The notes beneath the pieces are model-generated. The model searched no databases, had not been told where the DNA came from, and worked only from the letters and a program-made list of their open reading frames with translations. A DNA stretch of 64,000 nucleotides from Candidatus Latescibacterota bacterium. Lineage in GTDB: Bacteria; Latescibacterota; UBA2968. Shown here in pieces: positions 26,387 through 34,300 of this stretch. The stretch spans positions 4,732,686-4,796,685 of the forward strand of contig OZ241986.1 in NCBI GenBank assembly GCA_965204375.1, written 5' to 3'. Position 1 is the stretch's first letter. Each line of letters opens with the position of its first letter. A program made the position numbers and the translations under genes.

Positions 26387-26532
26387 AATGCGTTACCTCC
26401 ATCGTGTACAACTTCTCAGATGTCCATTCGGGATCACTGGATCCGTATTTACAAATATCCGCAATTTAAGCGAAAAAACAAGGGGTTATAATGAGTGTTT
26501 TTAACTTAAGTTGGTACGTTGGATCGCCCAGA

Positions 26533-27246
26533 TTAAAGACTCAGGCGTTCTCGAAATTTTTGTGCCTGACGTCGGGAGATTTCAATTTCATGGCCTCCTT
26601 GCAACAACACTTTTAGGCCGCCTTGAAACCATGGTTCAATTTTTTCGATATACTGTAAATTGACAATTTGCTGGCGATTGACGCGAAAAAATATGCGTTT
26701 GTCCAAACGCTCTTCAAGGTGGTTGAGGGTGCGCGGAATAAGGGGTTTGAATTTTTGAAAATAGACCCGTGTGTAATTGCCAGAGACTTCGAACAATTGA
26801 ATGTCTGAGAGTTTGATAAACCAGCATTGATCACCGTCTTTTACAAAGACGCGACTCGAATCTGTCAATGCTGGTGCAATAGCTTCATCGGAAGAATGGG
26901 TTTGGGCTTGCAGTTTTTCAATCGCGCTTGCAAGGCGTTCGGGCTGAATGGGTTTTAGCAAGTAGTCGAGCGCATTGACTTCAAATGCTCGAATGGCATA
27001 TTCGTCATAGGCGGTTGTAAAGATCACCTGTGGTACCTGGTCAAGGGTTTCGAGCAGTTCAAAGCCGTCTTGCCCGGGCATCTGAATGTCGAGGAAGATC
27101 ACATCGACAGATAGTTTTTCGAGTTGCTGCCGTGCAGCATCTGTATTTGCGGCCTCACCTGCGACAGTGATAGTCTCAACAGCTTTGAGTAAATGTTTTA
27201 ACTCCTGGCGGGCAAGTCGTGAATCATCGACGATCAATGCATTCAT
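26533..27246 (-). CDS. LytTR-family response regulator
   Basis: Receiver domain (ALIVDDS...DVIFLDIQMPGQDGFELL) plus a C-terminal LytTR DNA-binding domain (YFQKFKPLIPRTLNHLEERL...FFRVNRQQIVNL). Confidence 0.85.
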   Translation of the reverse strand: MNALIVDDSRLARQELKHLLKAVETITVAGEAANTDAARQQLEKLSVDVIFLDIQMPGQDGFELLETLDQVPQVIFTTAYDEYAIRAFEVNALDYLLKPIQPERLASAIEKLQAQTHSSDEAIAPALTDSSRVFVKDGDQCWFIKLSDIQLFEVSGNYTRVYFQKFKPLIPRTLNHLEERLDKRIFFRVNRQQIVNLQYIEKIEPWFQGGLKVLLQGGHEIEISRRQAQKFRERLSL

Positions 27247-28298
27247 GTTTGTTGTCCAGTGAGCGGTACCTGAAACCTGGCACAGACCTGATTTTGAGAA
27301 GTATTTTCAACTGCCAATTGCGCGGTGTTACCAAATAAGAGGCGCAGACGTTCTCTGGTATTTTGCAGGCCAATGCCGTCATTTGTTGCGTTGTTTTTTA
27401 GTTGGCCGGTGTTTACAATGCAGACCACCATAGCAGTTTGCTGAAGGGTTGTCCGTATTGAGATTTCGCCACCATCCGGATGCTGTGCAATGCCGTGTCG
27501 AATCGCATTTTCGACCAGGGTCTGTATGGTCATCGGCGGAATTTCGACTTGTCGTGTTTCTGGCGCAATGTCGAACCGATAACGCAACCGGTCTTCCAAC
27601 TGGGTGGCTTCGAGTTGGAGATAGTTTTTCACAATTGCCAATTCTTCTTTCAACAGTACACTTCTGGTGTTGCTGACCTGTAGCGCGTATCGAAATAGCT
27701 CAGACAGTTTTGAGATCATGTCGCGTGCGCGTTCGGGGTTTTCAATGACCAGGGCACGGATATTGTTGAGGCTGTTAAAAAGAAAATGGGGATTTATCTG
27801 GGCTTTCAGTGCCATCAATTCGGCTTCTTTAACCGCTGTTTGCAATTCCCATTTTTCGCGTTCTCCGCGTTTGGTTATGTCAAATATGTGGAAGATGACG
27901 TACAACAGCGACCATATCCAGAGGATAAAGTTCGTGTTGAGTATTTGCAGACCATACAATTTCCAACGGAATTGTTCAATCGTAAGCGTCTCGTCTATAT
28001 AAAGATAACCAAAGATCTGAATACTCTGGCTGATAATCGCAATGACCAGATCGGCTATCAATACTCTGATAAATAGTTTCCACAAAGGCAGTGTGACCCA
28101 ATGCCGCTTTTTGAATATGGTTCTGAGCAGGTGTGTCCACAACAAGAGTTGTGCAGATCCAAAGACAGTGATGCCCAAATTTTGTGCGGTAATGGTCTGA
28201 AAAGCAGATAGGAAGACCGTGTTGAGTAGGCCGTATATTCCCCATCCCAAAATCTGACAGGTCCAATATGCTTTGCTGTGGTTTTTGAACTGAGACAT
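27243..28298 (-). CDS. LytS/YehU-type sensor histidine kinase
   Basis: Multi-TM N-terminus. INPHFLFNSLNNIRAL is the His_kinase PF06580-type H box. HATPase region with NAIRHG and GIGLQNTRERL. It overlaps the regulator gene by 4 nt. Start set at MSQFKNH (28298). Confidence 0.8.
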   Translation of the reverse strand: MSQFKNHSKAYWTCQILGWGIYGLLNTVFLSAFQTITAQNLGITVFGSAQLLLWTHLLRTIFKKRHWVTLPLWKLFIRVLIADLVIAIISQSIQIFGYLYIDETLTIEQFRWKLYGLQILNTNFILWIWSLLYVIFHIFDITKRGEREKWELQTAVKEAELMALKAQINPHFLFNSLNNIRALVIENPERARDMISKLSELFRYALQVSNTRSVLLKEELAIVKNYLQLEATQLEDRLRYRFDIAPETRQVEIPPMTIQTLVENAIRHGIAQHPDGGEISIRTTLQQTAMVVCIVNTGQLKNNATNDGIGLQNTRERLRLLFGNTAQLAVENTSQNQVCARFQVPLTGQQT

Positions 28299-28305
28299 AT
28301 TGTGC

Positions 28306-29223
28306 TCATCTGGGAGTCTGGGGCGCGGTTGTCTTGTTAGAGAGGAACGCATCAATGGTCTTAAAGTAGCCCTCTGGGTCGTCCCACATGATAAAGTGTT
28401 TGCCCGTGTCCGTCATCCATATTTCGCAATTCTCAACATGAACGTACTGTTTTTGATACGCGGATAGTGAACTTTCTCGCGTTGCGCCACGAGATTGACC
28501 CGAAACCCAGGCGCCCAATACCAGTACAGGTGTTTGTATTTTTTTTATTTCGGTTCGCAAGTCTGTCAAAAATATTTCGTACATCACTTGTGCAACGGTG
28601 TTTGGGTCCGAAGATAGACTCCACACAACAGCCGTATCTATTTTTGCGGGGTCTGTGATCATCATTTTGAGCATAGATGGCGTTGCTTTTTCTCTTTGTT
28701 CAGGTGTTTGCGAAAGTATCCAGGCGCGTGTTTGTTCTGCTGGCGCACGCATAAAGTCAACGGTTGCTGCTGGATTTTGTAATGCGGGTAAAAAGGGCAC
28801 GGCATCGACTATAATAAGCGGTCCTGCGCTTTCGGGGATGCTTGCCGCAACCCACAAGGATAGAAAACCGCCCAGACTGTGTCCTGCAAGGATTGGTTTT
28901 TTCAGTTCGTTTTCCTGGATATATGCAATAAGCGCGTCTCTCATGGTTTGCAGATAATGTTCTGTTTGCACGGGTGGTTGTCCGGCAAATCCCGCGAGTG
29001 TAAAGACATGGCATTCAAAGCTGTTCTGGTATCGGCTGACTGTTTCGCGCCAGACATCTCCAGAACTACTTAGACCCGGAATTAAAATCATCGGATGTCC
29101 AGATCCTGTTATTTGTACTTTGAAAGGTTGCGGATTATCTGTTTGTGTAAGTGCGGGAATTGGTGTTAGAAGCGCGATGAAGATTGCACTTATTTGCAAT
29201 ATGACGTATTTCCATTTTGACAT
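28306..29223 (-). CDS. secreted alpha/beta-fold hydrolase
   Basis: Signal-peptide-like N-terminus and the nucleophile elbow GHSLGG. Confidence 0.75.
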   Translation of the reverse strand: MSKWKYVILQISAIFIALLTPIPALTQTDNPQPFKVQITGSGHPMILIPGLSSSGDVWRETVSRYQNSFECHVFTLAGFAGQPPVQTEHYLQTMRDALIAYIQENELKKPILAGHSLGGFLSLWVAASIPESAGPLIIVDAVPFLPALQNPAATVDFMRAPAEQTRAWILSQTPEQREKATPSMLKMMITDPAKIDTAVVWSLSSDPNTVAQVMYEIFLTDLRTEIKKIQTPVLVLGAWVSGQSRGATRESSLSAYQKQYVHVENCEIWMTDTGKHFIMWDDPEGYFKTIDAFLSNKTTAPQTPR

Positions 29224-29307
29224 GACATCCTCCTTTTGACGGTGGATACTTCTCTGTTGTGATCGATCAAAAGGTAGGTAATCAATCGCGTTCTAATAAG
29301 CAAAAGA

Positions 29308-29345
29308 TGATAAACGGTTCAACAGGCTGATGAACGGTCAACAGG
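29308..29345. promoter_or_regulatory. tandem direct repeat of about 19-20 bp in a divergent promoter region (candidate LytTR site)
   Basis: TGATAAACGGTTCAACAGG (29308-29326) and TGATGAACGGTCAACAGG (29328-29345). The region lies between the hydrolase-kinase-regulator operon and the divergent phosphatase gene. Confidence 0.35.
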
Positions 29346-29403
29346 TCCGATGGTGTATGCTGTTGAGATTCTTTCAGTTTCACATATCAATGGAGATTGA
29401 GGA

Positions 29404-29928
29404 ATGACGACTTTCTATCTTGTTCGACATGGAGAATCCCGGCTGGATTTGGCTGCTGGTGGGAATCTCAAAGGCGCAGAGAGGGGTTGGGCAGCGCATA
29501 TTATTCCGTTGACCGAGACGGGGATCAGCCAGATTGAGAATGCTTCAAAATCCCTATCAACTGAAGGCCCTCAGATCGTTATTTCATCCCCAATGTCACG
29601 GGCGCTCCAATCGGCTGCAATACTCAGCCGAATACTCGATCTTCCGCTTCGAGTCGAGTTTGATCTGCACGAATGGATTTGCGGATGGCGCGATTCGATG
29701 GAGCTTGTCGGAGAAACAGAGGCAGAAATGCTTGAGCTGGGAGGTGAGTGGCCTATAGGAGAGACGAGAGATTGGGAGCCGATGTCCAGTGTGCGAGATC
29801 GTGTTGGTCGTGTATTAGAACGGTACCAGACTTTTCAGCGTGTTATTGTTGTGTGTCATGAAACGGTCATCTTTTCGCTGACTGGAAAGAGGATGGGGTT
29901 TGCAGAATTTGTAAAGTTAGAAAAGTAA
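29404..29928 (+). CDS. histidine phosphatase family protein (phosphoglycerate-mutase-like)
   Basis: N-terminal FYLVRHGES catalytic motif; 174 aa. Confidence 0.75.
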   Translation: MTTFYLVRHGESRLDLAAGGNLKGAERGWAAHIIPLTETGISQIENASKSLSTEGPQIVISSPMSRALQSAAILSRILDLPLRVEFDLHEWICGWRDSMELVGETEAEMLELGGEWPIGETRDWEPMSSVRDRVGRVLERYQTFQRVIVVCHETVIFSLTGKRMGFAEFVKLEK

Positions 29929-30080
29929 GTGTCCGAGTCGTATAAGAAAGGAGGATGCCTATTGGGCTGAGAAATCTCTCCCAAAAGACTTGCTTTATGA
30001 TGCTCTGTAACATATCATTGGTGTGAACAAGCAATAGAAAATATTGGCAGAACCAATATTTTGCGTCACCTGAATTGATG

Positions 30081-30141
30081 GCGCGGGGGAGCTTCTATAG
30101 GAGAGATACATCTCCTATGGTAAATCGCCCGCGCTTTTTTT
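30081..30141 (+). terminator. strong intrinsic terminator or attenuator hairpin
   Basis: Outer stem GCGCGGG/CCCGCGC and inner stem ATAGGAGA/TCTCCTAT, followed by T7 (30135-30141). It lies 65 nt upstream of the next start codon. Confidence 0.6.
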
Positions 30142-30205
30142 GTTTTCGAGGCCAGTGATGCACAAAAATTCCTTTGAAACTCTCTCACTACAAGGAGGTA
30201 TGAAT

Positions 30206-30991
30206 ATGCGAGTCGCCATCATCTCTGATATTCATGGAAATTTAGTGGCTCTGGAAGCTGTCTTGAACGATCTCAAAACAGAATCTATTGATCACATTGT
30301 GTGCCTGGGTGATACAGTCTCTGGCGGTCCCCAACCATGTGAGGTTATTGCTCGTTTGAAAACGCTAAATGGTCCTGTTGTTATGGGGAACATGGATGTG
30401 TGGTGTCTTGATCCTCATCCGGGTAGGGGAAAGAGCAAGAATGCGAGGCGAGGAAATGAAGTTCGATTCTGGGGTGTTCGTAGGCTTTCACCTGACGATC
30501 TCGACTACATGCGGACGTTCCAGGCTACGGTCGCGATACCGCTCGACACAAATACCAATCTTCTTTGCTATCACGGTTCGCCACGATCTAATGAAGATGC
30601 TATTGCTTCTCACACGCCAGATGAGGAGATGGAACGCATGCTGTCTGGTTGTCGCGCTATGGTGTTGGCTGGAGGACATACGCATACACAGATGGTTCGT
30701 TATTACGGAGATTGCACGACCGTCAATCCCGGAAGTGTTGGTGCGCCTGTTCCCGCACAAGACCGGATACGCCGAGTTCTTCGAGGTCCATTGCGTAATT
30801 CGCACGATAGGGGATATCCTCCTTGGGCAGAATATGGCGTTATTACTTGGGAGAATAAGAGTCTTCGTATTGAGTTACGCCGTGTGCTTATAGATATCGA
30901 TTTGCTGGTGAAAAAAACGCGAGAGAGCGAGATGCCAAACGCGGATTGGTGGATTCAAAATCGGTATCCGGAGGTGGTTTCCGAGGTATAG
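30206..30991 (+). CDS. metallophosphoesterase (YfcE/MPP superfamily)
   Basis: MRVAIISDIHGN, CLGDTVSGG, GNMD, GGHTH motifs. AAGGAGG lies 7 nt upstream of ATG 30206. Confidence 0.8.
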   Translation: MRVAIISDIHGNLVALEAVLNDLKTESIDHIVCLGDTVSGGPQPCEVIARLKTLNGPVVMGNMDVWCLDPHPGRGKSKNARRGNEVRFWGVRRLSPDDLDYMRTFQATVAIPLDTNTNLLCYHGSPRSNEDAIASHTPDEEMERMLSGCRAMVLAGGHTHTQMVRYYGDCTTVNPGSVGAPVPAQDRIRRVLRGPLRNSHDRGYPPWAEYGVITWENKSLRIELRRVLIDIDLLVKKTRESEMPNADWWIQNRYPEVVSEV

Positions 30992-31126
30992 CTGATGGGT
31001 GGATTCAAATGGTAGCTGTGGGGATTTTATTCGATCATTCTACCCTATTTTTTTAGGACTGGATGATGTCGAAAAATCAGATATGGCTCCGCCCGTTGAC
31101 GAGGTCAGGAAATAGAAATGGCTCAC

Positions 31127-31396
31127 TCATCCATCCAATTGATCCCAATCTGGTGGGGTTTGGCTGGGAATTTTTTTATTCATAACAGCGTCAAAAGCTT
31201 CCAAAATTTCTCGTTTGTTTTTGCCCGCATATTGATTTTGAAAAAAGGCTGTGGTTTCAAGCTCGGCAATTTCACGCGCAAAAGCATAAATTGCAAACTG
31301 ATTCATAGATACGCCCTGTTTTTCCGCTGTCTTTTCTATTCGCTCTTTGAGGTCCTTTGGCACGCGAATGGTCAATACGTGATTTTTTTTATTCAT
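31127..31396 (-). CDS. ribbon-helix-helix (CopG/Arc-like) antitoxin-type protein
   Basis: VLTIRVPKDLKERIEKTAEKQGVSMNQFAIYAFAREI is a typical RHH fold signature. It overlaps the upstream PIN gene by 8 nt. Confidence 0.6.
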   Translation of the reverse strand: MNKKNHVLTIRVPKDLKERIEKTAEKQGVSMNQFAIYAFAREIAELETTAFFQNQYAGKNKREILEAFDAVMNKKIPSQTPPDWDQLDG

Positions 31397-31826
31397 AACG
31401 TTGTCTCCAATATCGAACAAATTGAGCTGGCGTGATGATTTCGAACTGGTCGAATCTCAATTCCGTCCCTTTTGTAAAGTCATTGACATTTTGCGTAATG
31501 ATATATCGCGCATTGCTCGCGAAAGCCAGATCGGTAAACATATTATCGTTCTCATCACGAAGATTTGGTCGCATGAGAAAGTGGATGGGGATAGGCTTGC
31601 CAATATACGCTATAAATCGAAGAACCGATTCTATCTCTTCGCGCGTTCGTTTGAGGTCCTGAAGTGTGTTTGGGCGTAGCAGGACGTCTGAATATTCTAA
31701 AAAGATAGGGATTGATAGGGCCAAATCAAGGCGATAAGCGCGAATGAGTTGTAAAATATAATTTGATGCACCTGTGATATTTCGCAGTGCCTGGTAGAGT
31801 ACATTGGTATCCATTACAATTCTCAT
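31389..31826 (-). CDS. PIN-domain protein (toxin component)
   Basis: MRIVMDTNVLYQAL at the N-terminus; DENDNMFTDLA and ITQNVNDF are typical PIN blocks. Confidence 0.7.
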   Translation of the reverse strand: MRIVMDTNVLYQALRNITGASNYILQLIRAYRLDLALSIPIFLEYSDVLLRPNTLQDLKRTREEIESVLRFIAYIGKPIPIHFLMRPNLRDENDNMFTDLAFASNARYIITQNVNDFTKGTELRFDQFEIITPAQFVRYWRQRYE

Positions 31827-31900
31827 GTTAAAATGATAGTATATATGCTATCAAGTGTCAAGAATGTATTGTTTTGAACGAAGGTGGGCGACTTGATAGC

Positions 31901-34282
31901 TTATTCATATCGCAGAGCATCTACGGGATTGGTGCGGGCGACTTTATAGGCTTGATAACTCACTGTGGTCAATGCAATGAACAACGCCAGAAAACCACTC
32001 AATACAAATGCCCATATTTCCAGATCAATGCGATAGGCGAAGTCCTGTAGCCACCTGTGCATCGCGTAGTAGGCAATTGGCCAGGCGATGAGATTGGCAA
32101 TGCCGACAAGCAGGGCAAACTCTTTTGACAACATGAGTACGAGATTGGAGACCGATGCGCCCAATACCTTGCGGATGCCGATTTCTTTGATGCGCAGTTG
32201 CGCGGTGAAGGAGGCGAGGCCGAACAGTCCGAGGCTTGCAACAAAGATGGCGAGGATGGAGAAGAGGCCAAAGAGTGTGCCGATTTGTTTTTCTGCGCGA
32301 TATAGTTTGTCGTAATCGTCGTCGAGAAAGAAATAGTCGAATGGCTTGTTCGGCGCGATTTCCTTCCATTGCGTCTTCAGAAAACTGAGTGTGTCTGCGA
32401 CATCATCTGAACGGATTCGGATAGCAAAATACTCAAACCAATTTCCCGTCATGATAATCAGAGGTTCTATTTCGTGATGCAGGGACTGATAATGAAAGTC
32501 TTTCACCACACCTATGACCTCTCCTCTATACCATACTTTCATTTTGCCACCCTCTGGCCATATATTCTCCACTTCTTTATCCACACACGAAGTCCATCCA
32601 AAGTGTCGCATAGCTGCTTCATTCAGGATGAGTTCTCCCTCTCCATCATTCATCATGTCTTTTGAAAAGTCTTTGCCTTCTATAAGCTCAAGGCCATAAG
32701 TCGAGATAAATTCGCGATCGACCACAATCATGTTCATCTGGAAACCATCCTGAGATGTTCCATCAACAGGAGAGCGAAACTGACTGGTGGGAAATTGTCG
32801 TCCCGGTATATTCGAGGATGTCGAAGTGCTCAATACATTTGCATACCCTGACAATCGCGATTTATATCGCTCTGTCACCTGCATACCGGGGTAAGGCATG
32901 ACAATGACCTGTTCTTTATTGAAGCCCAACTTTTTGTTTCTGATGTAATCCGCTTGGTGGTAAACGACAACTGTTCCAATGATGAGAATGATCGAAATGA
33001 CAAACTGAAATACGACGAGTGTTTTGCGGGAACTGGAGGTTTTCAACCCTCTCTTCAGTGTGCTTTTTAATACCTCTACTGGCTGAAAAGCCGAGAGGAA
33101 TAAGGCGGGGTAAATTCCAGAGATTAGCCCTGCAAATAACACAACCCCGAGCAGGACTAATACGACATGCCAATTACCCGTGTAATCCAATACCAATTCG
33201 CGCTGGATAAAGGCGTTGAATGCTGAGAGCGAGACTTCAACAAGAGCAACGGCAAACAGTAGAGCCAATAGTGCCAGCAATATGGATTCGCCCATAAACT
33301 GATGGATTAGTTGCGTGCGGTTGGCACCAACGACTTTTCTCATGCCGACCTCTTTTGATCGAGTTGCTGAGCGAGCGGTGGAAAGGTTCATAAAGTTGAC
33401 GCAGGCGAGTATGAGCACAAAAAGGGCTATGATCAGGAAGAGATAGACATACCGAATATCGCTGTTTTTGCTCATTTCCCCTGCCAAATTGGAGTACAAA
33501 TGAATATCAGTCAGAGGTTGCAAGAAGTACCTGGCAAAGCCTCCTTTGAGCAGTTCTCCTGCATGTGCCTCAATAAAGTCGGACAATTTCGCTTCTAATC
33601 CCTGGGCAGAATCTCTCTTCTGAAGTAGCAAATAGGTATAAAAATCATGTCGCTGCCAATTTGATTGATGATCGCGGGACATAGGAGATGCAAGAAGGTT
33701 GAATTGGAAATGAGAGTTGTGAGCCGTGTCCTTCAAAACACCTGTCACCTTAAATGCCTTATCATTGAACGACAGGGTCTGTCCCATCGGATTCTGTTCG
33801 CCAAAATACTTTTGTGCTATTGTTTCTGTAATTACAACAGAATAGGGTTCCGAAAATGCCGTCTCGGGATTCCCTTGGCTGAGTGGGAAATTGAAGACTT
33901 CAAAAAAATTTGGATCGGTAAACACAACACCATTTTCATAAAAGAAATGATCGTGTTGATCTTCAACAAGCGTTTTGGGGTCAGCTCTGGAAAACCGCAC
34001 AGCCTCTATCACTTCGGGATAGGCTTTGACAAGTGCTGGTCCCATTGGCAATGGCGTGACCGCATACTGACTCAGGACCCCAGCGACTTTTGACTCTGAA
34101 GCAACCCGATAGATTCGGTGTGCGTGTTCGTGGTGCTGGTCATAGCTCAGTTCATCCTGAACATAGAGCAGGATGAGGATGCAACAGGCCATGCCGATGG
34201 CAAGACCGAGGATGTTGATGGCAGAGAATGTTTTGTTTCTGGCGATGTTGCGGACCGCAACAGTCAGATAGTTTTTGATCAT
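31901..34282 (-). CDS. MacB/FtsX-type ABC transporter permease, internally duplicated
   Basis: 793 aa. MIKNYLTVAVRNIARNK. CVNFMNLSTARSATRSKEVGMRKVVGA and SLGLFGLASFTAQLRIKEIGIRKVLGAS. C-terminus NPVDALRYE. Confidence 0.85.
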   Translation of the reverse strand: MIKNYLTVAVRNIARNKTFSAINILGLAIGMACCILILLYVQDELSYDQHHEHAHRIYRVASESKVAGVLSQYAVTPLPMGPALVKAYPEVIEAVRFSRADPKTLVEDQHDHFFYENGVVFTDPNFFEVFNFPLSQGNPETAFSEPYSVVITETIAQKYFGEQNPMGQTLSFNDKAFKVTGVLKDTAHNSHFQFNLLASPMSRDHQSNWQRHDFYTYLLLQKRDSAQGLEAKLSDFIEAHAGELLKGGFARYFLQPLTDIHLYSNLAGEMSKNSDIRYVYLFLIIALFVLILACVNFMNLSTARSATRSKEVGMRKVVGANRTQLIHQFMGESILLALLALLFAVALVEVSLSAFNAFIQRELVLDYTGNWHVVLVLLGVVLFAGLISGIYPALFLSAFQPVEVLKSTLKRGLKTSSSRKTLVVFQFVISIILIIGTVVVYHQADYIRNKKLGFNKEQVIVMPYPGMQVTERYKSRLSGYANVLSTSTSSNIPGRQFPTSQFRSPVDGTSQDGFQMNMIVVDREFISTYGLELIEGKDFSKDMMNDGEGELILNEAAMRHFGWTSCVDKEVENIWPEGGKMKVWYRGEVIGVVKDFHYQSLHHEIEPLIIMTGNWFEYFAIRIRSDDVADTLSFLKTQWKEIAPNKPFDYFFLDDDYDKLYRAEKQIGTLFGLFSILAIFVASLGLFGLASFTAQLRIKEIGIRKVLGASVSNLVLMLSKEFALLVGIANLIAWPIAYYAMHRWLQDFAYRIDLEIWAFVLSGFLALFIALTTVSYQAYKVARTNPVDALRYE

Positions 34283-34300
34283 GATTTTAAACCCCCATTT

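Noticed and set aside
29929-29946. GTGTCCGAGTCGTATAAG, which resembles one half of the 39-bp UAS
   Set aside because: Only the GTGTCCGA octamer matches, there is no second site, and there is no -24/-12 element within range. An 8-mer is expected by chance about twice in 2 x 64 kb.
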